Source of the DNA: Octopus vulgaris
Taxonomy: Eukaryota
Assembly: GCA_951406725.2 (NCBI GenBank)
Contig: OX597817.1
Span: 42,718,001 to 42,782,000, forward strand
Direction: 5' to 3'
Length of the DNA: 64,000 nucleotides
The notes below the pieces were generated by a model, which saw only the letters and a list, made by a program, of their open reading frames with translations, ran no database searches and was not told where the DNA came from. Shown here one piece after another: positions 42,620 to 56,676 of the stretch (position 1 is the stretch's first letter; the number at the start of each line of letters is the position of its first letter). Made by a program: the position numbers and the translations under genes.

Positions 42620-45600
42620 GTAAGTTGCTTATACAAATGATTTGGCTCCTTTTCTTAATATTTTATCAAGTGGACCTCATGGAGGCAATGACCAAAACCT
42701 TTGGCATTATGTCATGCTTGAGAAGAAAACCCATCAAGCTGAGCAAAATCACAGTTGTGGCAGATACCGGTGTCACACAAATGGCACCCATGCCGGTGAC
42801 ACATCAATGCATCCGTTACACTCTCATTTCTTTACTGTCCACAAGGGGCTACACACAGAGGGGACAAACAAGGACAAAGAAACGGATTAAGGCAATTACA
42901 TTGACCCCAGTGTGTAACTGGTACTTATTTAATCGACCCCGAAAGAATGAAAAGCAAAGTCGACCTCGGTGGAACATAACAGCAGACGAAATACTGCTAT
43001 GCACTTCATCCGGCATGCTAACATATCTGCTAGCTTGCCTTCTCAGGGTGGTTGGCATTAGGAAGGGCATCCAGCCATAGAAAACCATGCCAAATCAGAC
43101 TGCATTATGGCACAGCCTTCCAGCATACCAGCCCAGTCAAACCCTCCAACCCATGCCAGCATGGACAACGAATGCTAAATGATGATGATGATGATGTTCC
43201 ATACTTTTAGGACACAATAAAAGGAATACTAAACTGACATATACTGAAGAACATAGAAAATTATATTGGAATGTAATTAGTATAGTTAATTTTCATGGGA
43301 TAGCCATGTATCTCCTCTACAGCAAGACACTTGTTTCTGTCCTTCTATCATGCTTTAACCTCTTATCACAGGCACAAAGTCACCTCCTTCACTACTACAC
43401 CCCCTCAGTTGAGGTGATTTTGTCTTGCAAGTTATTTGGTGATCTCATTAATGCCAGTGCCACATAAAAAGCATACAGTACACTCTGTAAAGTGGTTGAT
43501 GTTAAGAAGGCCATCCAACTGTAGAAAACTTGCCAATGCAAACATTTCAGTTTAGCTCATTCTTCTGGCTTGCTAACTTCTGTCAATATATCCAACACAT
43601 GCCTACAATAGAAAATGGATGTGAAATGATGCTGCTGCTGTTGATGGTGATGATTTAACTTTGATTTTCAACTGTATGGACCATTGAAAGAGTTGAAAGT
43701 TTAGGACAAATTTGATATAATGAAATTAGCTTTTTAAGACTGAGTGCCAATTCAGCTTTCATAATAGTTAGTAGGAATTGCAAAGAACATCAATTTGGAA
43801 TTCTTGTGAAGGTATTTCTTTCTTGATTAGAAAAGCAATAGATCTACCTATAAAACAATGCTGCATCATATATTTGATTCCTTCTGAGTCATTCTTTTCT
43901 ACTCTAGGCATAAGGCCCAGAATTTTGGGGGAGGGGGCCAGTTGATTAGATCGACCCCAGTATGCAACTGGTACTTAATTTATCGACTCCGAAAGGATGA
44001 AAGCTGAAGTCGACCTCAGCAGAATTTGAACTCAGAACATAAAGACAGACAAAATACCTCTAAGCATTTCGCCTGACATACTAACGTTTCTGCCAGCTTG
44101 CCGCCTTCCTTCTGAGTCATTGTGCCATATCCATTTGTCAGATGTTGTCACAGATTTTGAAATCAATATTTTAAGTTTTGTATTTTGAAGCTTTTCTTTA
44201 ACTTAATACTTTATATCTTGCTGTGTCAATGAGTAATCAGTGTTACCAGTGCTTCATTCTCACTCATGCTTAATGTTAGACTCTCCAAATTATTAATATT
44301 TTATTCATTGAATACTGACTTAAGCCTTGAGGTGGGATTTATATGAATGTATTCTCAATTCTTTGAGTACTAACTGAAACACTTTTCAAGCACTTGTCAT
44401 TTGTCTGGACCACCACACTATTAGTAAATATAACTGCAAGAATCTACTGATCATCATCATTTGACATCCATTGTCCATGCTGGCATGGGTTGGATGGTTT
44501 GACCAGAGCTGGCAAGCTCTGGTGAGCTACTCCAGACTCCAGTCTGATTTGGCATGGTTTCTACAGTTGGATGCCCTTCCATATGCCAACCACTTTACAG
44601 AGTGTATTGGGTGCTTTTACGTGGCACTGCACAAGCACTTTTACATGGTACTGCCACAAGTGCTTTTCACCACCAGAGGGACAAGTCTTAACACTTCTGC
44701 TGGAGAGTACGAGTCTTCTTGAGGACAGCAAGGTGCCAGGCATCTCCGTCTTTTGTCATCTCACCTGAAAGGTTCAGCGTCCGCGCTTGTTCTTTAGTAC
44801 TTCATTCCATGTCTTCCTGGGTCTCCCACTTCCACGTCTTCCATCTATTTTGAGAGATCAGCACTTCTTTATGAAGCTGTCGGCATCCATCTTATTTCTT
44901 TACTGCCCACAAGGAGCTACATACAAAGGGGGCAAACAAGGGCAAATGGATTATATCGACCTCAGAGTGTAACTGGTACTTATTTAATCGACCCCGAAAG
45001 GATGAAAGGCAAAGTCGGCCTCGGCGGAATTTGAACTCAGAACATAAAGACAGACGAAATAGCGCTGAGCATTTCGCCCAGCGTGCTAACGTTTCTGCCA
45101 GATCGCCGCCTTCATTCCATTCAGTCTTTCTGACACAGACTTGTCAGGAGACAATGAAGCAAATTCTGGCTGTCACACTTTAAACATGACGAAACCAGCA
45201 CAGTCTTCTTTCTTGCACACAGCAACTAGCTCCTCTTAATGTTCAACTAAACCAAAATATAAACGTTACTTATTTTCAGGAAACTCCACTCCATATTTGT
45301 TTTATAAACACATAGTTCTGGAGTCAATCCCACTGCGCAGTACCTTAAAAAAGTGCTTTCTACCATCACTTCAAGTTGACCAATGCCTTGTGAGTGAAAT
45401 TTAGTAAACGAAAACTGTGAAGAAGCCCATCACCTATGTAAATATACACGGGCTCATGCCTGTGTGTATGTGTATATCAGCAACGTATTGGCACACGCAC
45501 TGATAAACCAGTGCAGCAGGCAAAAATACTTGACGCTATTTTTCTTTGTGAGTTACGTCCCTTTACACTAAAGCCAGCAGCCATTTGCTAACTCCAGATC

Positions 45601-46156
45601 AATAAAATTACTACACTTATTACTGAGGTCGATATGATCATCGGAAACCTTTGAAGCCCGTGCCCCAGCTTAGCTGTCCAAAATTTGAAACCAGTAAAAG
45701 CCGTTTAATCAATTAATTTGCTTAATTAAAAAGGTGTGAAAGAATTCCACACTTCTGAAACTTTTCCTGTTCATGTATTTTTATCAAATATGAATCTGTC
45801 TGTTGAAGCTCCATATTAACTGCAATAATCTGTCTCAATTCACTAACCCCTTTCTATTGGAGAGAAACCTCATAGACTCAGACATAATACTCAAAGAGGT
45901 TTAAGACTGATTGTGCAATATTAACATTGCTATGCAAATAAGGTAGCTGTAAATGTTTTCGTGTTCTTTTGATAAACAATCTATAGACCAAATCTGGTTT
46001 ATCAAGTCACATTTTTTACCAAAATTTCTCCACATTAACAATTAGTCATGCATGTTATAATTCATTAATAATAAAGCAAAAATTACTAAACATTAATGAA
46101 ATCTATTTCTTTTTATATATAAACTGTATGTATTCTATAATAATTGTTTTCAACAG

Positions 46157-46253
46157 TTGTTGGTCCTAAACTGTCACATGATGATATTCACTTAATTTTG
46201 GAATACAACAAAGGAGAACAATGGGGAAAGAAAGTTTCACCTCGAGCTAATCG
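46157..46253 (+). CDS. ADPGK: ADPGK exon 3 (not in the ORF track)
   Basis: AACAG| ... |GTAAGA, 97 bp; VGPKLSHDDIHLILEYNKGEQWGKKVSPRANR. Confidence 0.92.
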
Positions 46254-47361
46254 GTAAGACTAACATTCATAACTAAATAAATACATTCAGTCTTAGATTA
46301 CAGTTAAAAATTTTATTTCTTGATCAGAGTGTGTTTGTAAAATAGTAATTGAAAATTCATCAAAATTACAACTTGTTTTATTTACAGGATTATAAATGTT
46401 TCATTTACAGGATGGAATGGAATCTATGGGCTTATAAGTTGTGAGATTCCTAGCTTTTATTTTACTACAGGTTTTTGAACTAAACTGAATGGGAGAGAAG
46501 ATAGCTCTGCTGCTAGCAGGCTCGTGGCTATGCTTGATATGCAGCTAACGAGTACATAGAAATTTCATATAATGTACCTAAGAGGTGTAGTGGGATTACA
46601 GGCAAGCCCACAGGGAAAGAAGACTTCATATGTAGCAGCAGATACATTGAGGAAGTTAACAGTAAAAATACAAAATAGATTACTTTTGTGGCAGTGTTTT
46701 ATGGCTAGATGCCCTTCCTTTCACCATTCCAGTTGCCTTTTACAGCATACAGAGGCATAGTATACCTATCCTGTAACTGGGACACACATGGTATATGGGA
46801 TTTTATATATACAATACTCAAATTATTTCTAATCCTTATACATGCCAGTGGGCAGACACATGTCAACCTGAATAATTTTTAATTAGAATTCAGGGAAAGA
46901 AGTTTCTTTTAGCTCTTTAGTACTATTAAAAACATGGCATTTCAGTTTGTTTTGGTAGCTTCTAGTAATTATAGTGGATAAAAACAGAAAGATTATCCAA
47001 TTTAAGGAAATACTTTTCTTTTTACTTTACAAATATTGTGTTTTATATTTTGGCTTGGATGCTCAGGTTTCAATTTGGACTAATGTTGTATATAACTTCC
47101 ATATTTTAAAGCCAAAAGGACACATAGGCATATTGGATGCACCCTAATTTCAGCAGTGCATATTCAGGGGGAAATGGTTTTAATGCATTAAAGCTCATGA
47201 GAAATTCAACTTCATTTATAGGACCCAGGGTGATTTTTTTTAAAAATAAAAGTGTCTTATATGCTATCAAATATGATATCTAATTTGTATGAAAAGCTTT
47301 TTGTATCCAGGATATGTGACTTAATAATGTTAAATATTAAAAATTATTTACTGTTTTCTAG

Positions 47362-47498
47362 ATTTATAATTCACAATGATAAAAGTAACCCTCAACTTAC
47401 ATCAATGGAAATCTTTTCAAAAGAATTGCTTAAATTTAAACCTTCGTTGTTAATTCTTGGTGGTCTTCAAATGATGGATAATTTTCCTTTTGAACCTG
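47362..47498 (+). CDS. ADPGK: ADPGK exon 4
   Basis: TTCTAG| ... |GTAAGA, 137 bp; FIIHNDKSNP...KPSLLILGGLQMMDNFPF. Confidence 0.92.
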
Positions 47499-49212
47499 GT
47501 AAGAAATTTCTATAATTCTAAGAAAAAAGTTTCTTTTGATTAATTTTTATATTTACATTCAACATGTATTCCTAATATATTTACATGTACACCATGTTTC
47601 ATTAACAAAATTAAGTAATTGCTTCATGAAAGAAATTCTTTCGAATATGATTATAAGTAAGAACTTCTTTTTGGCATCTAGAGATTTTAGATGTCAATTT
47701 GTCAGAATAGAACAAATATTTGGAAGGTAGCTTAGTAAAATGACACCTTTGAAAACTGCACAGGAAAATCAATCTTCAGCAACAGGAAAGAGAAACCTAG
47801 TTTTAAGGGAATTTTTTTGAAAATCTACATCATCATCATCATTTAACGTCCACTTTCCATGCTAGCATGGGTTGGACAGTTTAACTGAGGGCTGGCGAAC
47901 CAGATGGCTACACCAGGCTCCAATCTTGATCTGGCAGAGTTTCTACAGCTGGATACCCTTCCTAACGCCAACCACTCCAAAAGTGTGGTGGGTGCTTTTA
48001 CAAGCCACTGGCATGGGGGTCAGTCAGGCAGTACTGGTAACGACCTCACTCAAATCTTTTTACACATGCCACCGGCACAGTAAGGCAATGCTGGTAATGA
48101 TCATGCTCGAATGGTGCCTTTTACATACCACCAGCACGGAAGCCAGTTAGCCGCTCTGGCAATGATCACGCTCGGATGGTGCTCTTAGCACTCTACTTGC
48201 ACAGGGCACAAGTGCCAGTAAGGCGACACTGGTAACGATCACCCTCAAATGGTGCCTTTTATGCGCCACTGGCATGGAAGCCGGTTAGGCACTCTGTCAA
48301 CGATCACACTCGTATGGTGCTCTTCACACTCCACTAGCACGGGTGCCAGTCATCGAATTTCACTTTGATTTCACTTGCCTCATACAGATACTTAAAATCA
48401 GTTGAGCACTTTACATAAACTTCATTAGAGATTTAGTATGCATCTTTGTAGGTACTTAAAAATGTGAAATTAATTGCCCATAACTCATATGATGTGAGAA
48501 CACAAATCATATACTTCTATAGAATGAAATGATTTTGATAATAAGCCATGTTGGGTAACAATAAACTATGAATAAATGTCTTTCATCAAGTCATAGTTAA
48601 CCAAACATACATGAAGATTAAATAGAAGTAGCTTGGAATGATAAAATTTTCATAATGAAGAAATAAAATTTATCTAAGATATTATAGTGTTTATTGTAAT
48701 TGGGTCCAGTATACAACTGACTGAAAACTTTAATTGATTAATAGTCTGCAACTGTAGAAATGGTTTAATTTTAGCCATATGATATCATTATTGATGTTTA
48801 TTTTATAAAGATTAGAGAATAAATGATTAACTGTAACTGGATATATATATTTGTTGACAAAAGTTACCTATTGTTCATTCTATTTTTGTGTGACTTTTTG
48901 CTACATTTTCACCTTTTTTAAAGCAAATGTCTTTATGGCTCAACCATTATTGCAAATTTTATTTGATACACATTTTCCTGCTCTGTACATTGAAGTCAAC
49001 AGAAAAAAAACTAGAAAACTTAAGGGATACAATGCAACTTGCGTTGTATAATGTGAATGCTATGAACTACTTTTCCAAAAACTATTGTATATATTTACTC
49101 TTTGAAATATTGAATTTATTATTTAATAAATCTTCAGATTCATGTTGTTTAAGTGATATCTAAATATGCTTTAAGCTATTTTTAAAATTCATCATTTTTT
49201 TTCTATTTTCAG

Positions 49213-49880
49213 ATCAAAGACAACTTAAGTTATCAGAACTGGAACAAATGCTGTTATCTGTTTCACCTGAAACCAAAATTCATTTTGAATTTGCATCTTT
49301 CGCAAATTCTGATCTGTTGAGTGAAATAATAAACAAAGTTGTCATACATAGTGATTCACTTGGTATGAATGAACAGGAGCTGCCAAATTTAGTGACTGCT
49401 CTTAATGATGGCAGTGTCACATTAATATCTGATGCCTATCCAAGAATTGCGACTGTTTTAGATCAGATGCGATTTGTATACAGCCATCTTCAAAACAGAA
49501 CAAATAACATAAGTAAGCGTAAAGTCACAAGACTGCATGTACATACACTTGCCTTTCAAGCTATTTTAACTGACAAGTCTTCAACATGGAAACATTCAAT
49601 GTCAGCCACAGCTAAAGCTGCATTAACTGCTCACCGTCATGTTTGTGGATCAGTTGATATCGATACCTTAAAAGCCAGGCTCATCATGGATGATTCCTTC
49701 TCGACAAGTCAAGTTGAGTCTGGTCAACGAATCCCACTCCAGAAGGACCGTCCTGTCTCATGCTGGAACGAAGATGATTATGAAATATGTGTTGCCCCTG
49801 TTCTTGTATGCACCCAGATTCTCAAAACTGTTGGGGGAGGAGATAACATTTCCTCTGCAGGTCTTGTTTTACAGATTTAA
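49213..49880 (+). CDS. ADPGK: ADPGK exon 5 (terminal)
   Basis: TTTCAG|, 668 bp to TAA; IHFEFAS, DSLGMNEQEL, RLHVHTL, TVGGGDNIS (ribokinase-fold GxGD); the five exons total 1458 nt = 485 aa with consistent phases. Confidence 0.95.
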
Positions 49881-50145
49881 TTTGTACAAAAGAAAGGATC
49901 AAATGGGAGAAGTGTTCAGCTTCTCGTTATTTTCATATTAAATTTTTTCTTAGAGTTGAGAAGGTTTAAACATTGTCCTTATTATCTCCACAAGCAATTC
50001 GCCATACAATCTACATTTTATTACATACATAATTCTGAATTAATGAGGTGAAATTCATTACATATGAAACTTATATCTCCAGCTGTATGATTTCTATTCA
50101 TAATCAGATGATAGCATGGAAAACAGATGTTAAATGATGATGATG

Positions 50146-50181
<36 letters not shown>

Positions 50182-50680
50182 ATAGAAATATTAAAATAAC
50201 TAAGTCTCTCTAAAAGAGAACAGCGGCAGCGTTCCCGGAAAATAATAGTTATCGCCATACTAATATGGCATTCTTATAAAAATAAGAAAAAAGCTGTCCG
50301 CTTATTAGCTCCATGAGGCCATCGCCTTAAGTTAGCTATTTGATACACAAACTGTATCCATATAACCTTCGAACAAGGGAGGTCAGTCGCTCCACACATA
50401 GTTGAGTAGTGATCCAGGAAAAAAGTACTGAATATAAACATAGAATGCAGTAGTTTATTTATGTCAATCCACAGGTTGTTTGTCTGGAGCTCTAACAGCA
50501 TGCATCTCCTTTTTCAAGCAAGTCAGATTGATATATATATATATGCTCACTACATTTCTAGGTCAGGAGAATTGACTCTACATATCCTTAGCTTCTGCCA
50601 ATATTATTTGCATTAGTTTTAGACTAAGCATTGTAGCTGCACTTTGGTACATCAGATGTAGTATCTGTCTTAGTCCTCTT

Positions 50681-50724
<44 letters not shown>

Positions 50725-52528
50725 CAGTTGATGAACACAAACATGAGGGCTAAGTTGAAGTTCCATTCCTATCAGAAATAACTTAGTCTTTAAATTTTTT
50801 ATAAAATGAAGTCAAAACAATGATTAATACTCACAGTCTAATATCAAATTGATTGAAAAAACATTTTCATATAGGAAAATAACATTTACTGTTTATTAAC
50901 AAATCATATAAGATAGTTATATTTAAGTGATTCCTTAAAACACTATCAACAATCTTATTTTATATGTGAACCTTCTTTGGACAGTTTTTGGAAGACTAAT
51001 ATTTGTTTTTTCAACTATTAACAGCTAATTTATTTATTAATTAACCATAAACTATAAAATCATGTTTTTAAAGAAAACAAAACTACTAATATATGCTAAT
51101 AGTATTTAATACTTTCCTTAAAATGTTTAGTGGTTTAAAACCAGGCCATTATGTCAAATTTCTAGATGCCAAAAAACGTCACATGTTTTTTAAAAGTTCT
51201 TTTCCATATTTCTATATATAATATTTCAAAAATTTTCACAATAAACAAAATTTATATTTACAAGAATTTATGGAACACACAATATATTGCAATAACTATA
51301 GTTTTTCATTAGAACATGATTGAAGGCTCATGCAAACTTTATTCTCAGCCTTTTACCTTCCACTTAAAGCCCATAAAACAAAATTATATTAAAAGTTTTC
51401 TAAATAATTGCTCGAGTTTAATTTTTTAACAAGGAAGGAAGAGTGTAGGGTGTCTGCAATTTCTTGAGATTTATTAAAATATATTTGTTCTCAAGTACAG
51501 AATTTGGGTTTAACTGGATCAGGTGAGAAAGAGGATTATTTTTCCAAAGTTTCTAAATTGTTTTAGGATAGCTGAATGCATAGCTGTATAAATTGCGGCA
51601 GTCGTGAATTATAAACTTTGCTTACTTAGATCTTGTAGTGTAGTTTAGATTTTTTTATGTTTGTGTTCTTTGGATATAGTTTATTATGGTCTGAATCATG
51701 AATTTTGGGGACGTCCAGAAAATTCACTTCATATTTTTCTCATTTTGAAGGAATTTAGTCTTTTATGTTTTTGAAAACCTCTATAATCAGATTTACTGTG
51801 TGTGTAACTCTTATAATTTTTATAGTTTTTTTTTTCCTGAAGTTGAATGTAATGAAAAATAGGAAAATTTGGTCTCTTTTTATGTGGTGGTGAGTAGAGG
51901 AGAAGCAAAAGATATTGCTTCTATTCTACTGCATTTATAGTTAAAATAAAATTCTTACAATAGGTAAAACAGCCAAATATGTATCCTTTAAGAATTCTAT
52001 TTTTTTCCTTTCAAAGAAGAGGGAGGAAAAATTGGAAATGTTAAAGTTGAAGATACTGTTCTTGAATGAAATGTCTAAACTGACTTGAGCAACTTTTCAA
52101 AGTAATTGAAATCAACCCAACTTTTAATTGTTCAAAGACAAAAATGAAGATAATTTTCAATATGAGTAGATATCAAGTTTTTACATTTCTTGAGTAAATT
52201 CCACTTCATATTCTGGGATCAAAGACATGAAGCAAAGTAGAAATGGTGATATTCATGTTTCTCCTAAGAACAGTGGCTCAGTAGGTTAAATATATCCAGG
52301 AGGAGGATTCAAATCTCACAGCTTTAATTCACCTGGACCTTTCAACCTATGTAGTAATAGATGCTACATATATTTAAAGTAGCTTATTTAAAAGATTACT
52401 TATTTAAATATTCAATAAACTTATTGCTTTTCCCTTTTTTAATTATATAATTGATTGTGTATGCATGAATGAAAAGGGACTGCTAAAGAAAGAAATCGTT
52501 ACAGTTAAATTTTAAAACAATTAGTATA

Positions 52529-52896
52529 TAGCCATCTATGTATCATACTCAATGTATATACGCTGTTGATAAGCAAGATATTGCAGTTTTCATCTAAGAT
52601 TTAAGAACATGTTATGGATGTGTTGTGATTAGAAAGACAATATACTTTGGCGGGAAATGAAAAATTGCACAGGACATTAGATGCATTTTGGCCTTGTTGG
52701 GCCTGGTCAGTCATGTGTATTCATCGTTGACTGGGCCTAACAAAGTTAGCCTCTGCTGGAGTGATTTTTTTGTCTCACTTGGATATGTATTGTCTTTTTA
52801 AACACTGCATATCTAGAAGAGATTTTATCTCAGGCAAAAACTGCAGTAACTTATTGTCAACGGTGTATATACTTTAAAAATAACCATAGATGGCTA
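52529..52896. mobile_element. Old palindromic element with a decayed hammerhead motif at 52674-52716 (-)
   Basis: TAGCCATCTATG...GTATATAC..TTGATAAG is the imperfect inverse of CTTATTGTCAAC..GTATATAC...CATAGATGGCTA; minus strand ACATGA CTGACCA GGCC CAACAA GGCC AAAA TGCA TC TAATGT. Confidence 0.55.
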
Positions 52897-55800
52897 TTTT
52901 TAAACTGAGAATTATCAACAATTCATGTAATCCCTATAATCTTTTAATTTATTTATTTCATAGTTGTAAATTTGATTTTGATTTTATTTATTCATTAAAG
53001 TAAACCATTATCAAAAAAACTCCTTAGCAACTCTAATAACTTTAGACTGTTAGATATCCGAGCTGACGTCAAGTGTTATTTCAAAGTTAATAGAAATTTT
53101 TAATTATCTTTCCTATCTGGGCTCTATCTCATCTAGGATTTTAATTGGAAACAAAATACACTCTTCTAAAAATGTATAAATTAAAATTGAAGTGTAGCAT
53201 CCTTCTACATAAAATTTAGCAAAGTAAAGTAGTTGTTTGATCAGAGATATTCAATCATTTTGAGAAAGTATGCAGAAATATAGAATTCTCTAGGCGTAGC
53301 TGTATGGTAAGAAGTTTTCTTCCCAACCACATGGTTCCAGGGTTTAGTCCTACACCTTGGGCAAGTGTCTTCTGTAGCCTTGAGGCGACCAAAGCCTTGT
53401 GTGTGGATTTGGTAAACGGAAACTGAAAGAATCCCACCATGTGTGTGTTTGTGTGTATATATATATATATGTATATGTATATATGTATATATAACCCATG
53501 CTAGCATGGAAAGCAGACGTTAAACGATGATGATGATATATGTATATATATATGTGTGTATATGTATATATACGTGTGTATGTATATATATGTGTGTGTG
53601 TGTATGTATATATATATATGAGTATATATATAAGAGCATATACATATGTGTGTGTGTGTATATATATGTATGTGTATGTGTGTATATATATATGTGTGTG
53701 TATATATATATGTGTGTGTGTGTGTGTATGTATATCCCTTGCCACCAGTCAACAACCGTTGTTAGTGTATTTATGTTCCTGTAACTTAGCAATCCAACAT
53801 AAGAGACTGGTAGAACAAATACCAGACTTTAAAACAATGAGTAGTCAATTTATTTGACTAAAATTCTTCAAGGCAATGCCCCAACATGGCTGCAGTCTAA
53901 TGACTGAAACAAATAAAAGATAGAAGATATTTTCATTGTTTATGGCCAGCACAGATAATATTTATAATTGTACTTACATTGTTAGGTAGTAAGCTCACGG
54001 CTGTGTGGTAAGTAACATGCTTTCGAACCACATGGTTCCAGGTTCAGTCCCACTGCATGGCACCTTGGGCAAGTGTCTTCTACTATAGCCTCGGGCCAAC
54101 CAAAGCCTTTGAGTAAATTTGGTAGACAGAAACTGAAAGAAGCCCATCGTATATGTGTGTGTGTGTGTATATATATATATGTGTGTGTCTGTGTTTGTGC
54201 CCCCAAAATCGCTTGACAACGAGATGCTGGTGTGTTTACATCCCCGTAACTTAGCAGTTCTGCAAAAGAGACCGATAGAATAAGTACTAGGCTTACAAAG
54301 AATAAGTCCTGGGGGCGATTTGCTCAACTAAAGGTGGTGCTCCAGCATGGCCACAGTCAAATGACTGAAACAAGTGAAAGAGTATGTCAGACAAAATGCT
54401 TAGCAGCATTCCGCTGGCTCTTTACATTGAGTGTTCAAATTTCACTAAGGTTAGTATAATTGATTTACCCACCTCTCCCTCAAAATTGCTGGCCTTGTGC
54501 CAAAGTAAGAAAGAATTGTTATACTTACATTTTACCATTTTCTTTAAGAGAGCTCTATTTAAGTAATAACAATCAGCTGGCCCAAAGTACTTTGTCAAGA
54601 TTTAGGTTCTTGTGCCATGCTGCATTGTCACATAGTGGAACACCTAAGAACAGCTCAATATAAACACAAGCATGTTAGATTTGACAGAAATTGGAAATTG
54701 ATCTCCCAAAATGAAACATATAGAAAGAAAAGGAGAAGGTCTTTGCCCAAGACTAGAAGAGAAATGTCTCGTTTGACTGATTGTTTGATAGTAAAAATGG
54801 TAGGGCTTTTTGTCATGAATGGGCAATATTTTCTTGACTATGTTTTGTGTTGAAACCTGCCTGTCAAGTTTGTCTTTCATTCCTCAGACATTCAATTGAA
54901 ATCATTACAGCTCACTTACTAGGGTTGGTTTAGTTCACTATCCTCTCTATCTACAAACGTATGACCTTGAGCTAAAGTCAGAGATCAATATTATTTTCAT
55001 CACCACAAATTCCACTTGAAAATAGAACAAAAAAATTCTTGTGATAATTGATATTCTTTAGGATTTTTAGGTTTGAGCTACCTTTTTTTTTTTTTAATTA
55101 ATATATACTTTTTCTAACAACGGATCAATAAAAGTTTCATATCTAAGAATGAGTATTTCAACCCTGACAAATAAAAACATTATACACTGTATGTTTTGTG
55201 ACTAGGAGCTACTGTTCTATAATATAGCAAAAAGGAATTTGAGGAAACATTTCTATTCAGACCCAAAGTATTTTGAAGAATAAGTTTCCAAAATATTATA
55301 TGAGTGATTTAATTTTTTTATAAAAAAAATTTATTTTTGTATTGAAGGAGAAATGTTTTCATTTGACTCAAAAGGTTTTTTGGGTTTTTTTTATTAGTGC
55401 TACACAAAGCTATTTTATGTAATAATCTATTTATTGAAATAAGATTTAAGATCTCATTAGAAATTAAATTTTCAGATTTAAAGCTACTGAGAATTTCTTC
55501 AAAATTAAAATCTTTCAGATGTTTGTTGTTTAAAGCATCCGTCCTTCAGTTTTTAAAATTCTCTTTACACTGAGTGTGTGTGTGTGTTTATATGTGTATG
55601 TGTGTTTTAATCTTGAAGTATCTTTTCTAATAAATTTAATTGAAAAATACCCATATTTTATTCATTTTTTTTTTTTTACATTAAAATCTTTATTTTATAT
55701 TTTGGGTCAAAACTAAGATATTATGTCATTTTAAATCAAAAAATAATAAACACACTAGAAGGTAACATCCTAACTGACCATGCGAAAGAAACATTTATAG

Positions 55801-56283
55801 CATACAGCTATTGCTTTCTCATTCAGATCCTAACGAACACTGATCAGCTGCTCAAAGGAGAATTAGTACGAAGGTTAATTTTGAAAATGATGAAACCGTA
55901 TTTATTAACCACTTTGACAGGCTGTGTAGGTAAGCTGTTCACTTCCAGACCATGTGAAAAGGATAAAAGAAATGTGTCTGTTTTTTTTTTAAGACAGTAA
56001 GGTGTGATTTGAAGGAGGTTTGGCCATTAATTGTTGCTGGGCAAGTGATTATATAGAGGTTCCCTCCTCAATTTTGTAAATAGCAGAAAATATCAGTGAT
56101 GTATGTAGATCAAGGGGAGCATTAGAGATAGCCATAGCCTCCTAAGAAAGGTTGGATATCACAGATGAAATGGCGGGTTTAAGATGTATTGTAGACATGC
56201 TGTATTAAATAGTCATTCAGTATATTTCAACACGAAACAAATGTGTTAAAGCAAAAACAATAAGAATTTTGCTTTTTCAATAA

Positions 56284-56676
56284 CAGCAGTATCGCCCGGT
56301 GTTGCTGGGTTTGTTTCAACCCTTTAGAATTGGAATTTTTGAAAAGTAAAAATTTTGCATTATGTAAATTATTATTCTCTTTAAGTGAACATTTTTCTGG
56401 TTGAAATACACTGAAAAATGGCGACACAGCAGACAAAAAATCGTTAAAAAAATAGGGATTTTCATAGAAAAAAAAGCACCTTTTTGATGTAAATAATTTT
56501 TGGTCTTAACATGGTCTGATTTGAATTTTATCTTCTACGGAATGAAGAGCAAGCCTTCTTCTATCATACTCTCAATTTTGGTCAACTTGCACCGCAGGGT
56601 CTCGGAGGAGATAGTGTTAGTTGAAGGCTACCAAACCTGCCATACACAGACAACTTCAGCTTTATATATAGAGAGA
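56284..56676 (-). mobile_element. Non-autonomous Helitron, family 2
   Basis: Aligns with 59946-60336; shares the CAGTATCGCCCGG..GGGTTTGT terminus with the 1313/7829 element. Confidence 0.7.

Noticed and set aside
42620-43080. Continuation of the 219-aa ORF past ADPGK exon 2
   Set aside because: Read-through beyond the GTAAGT donor into intronic repeats
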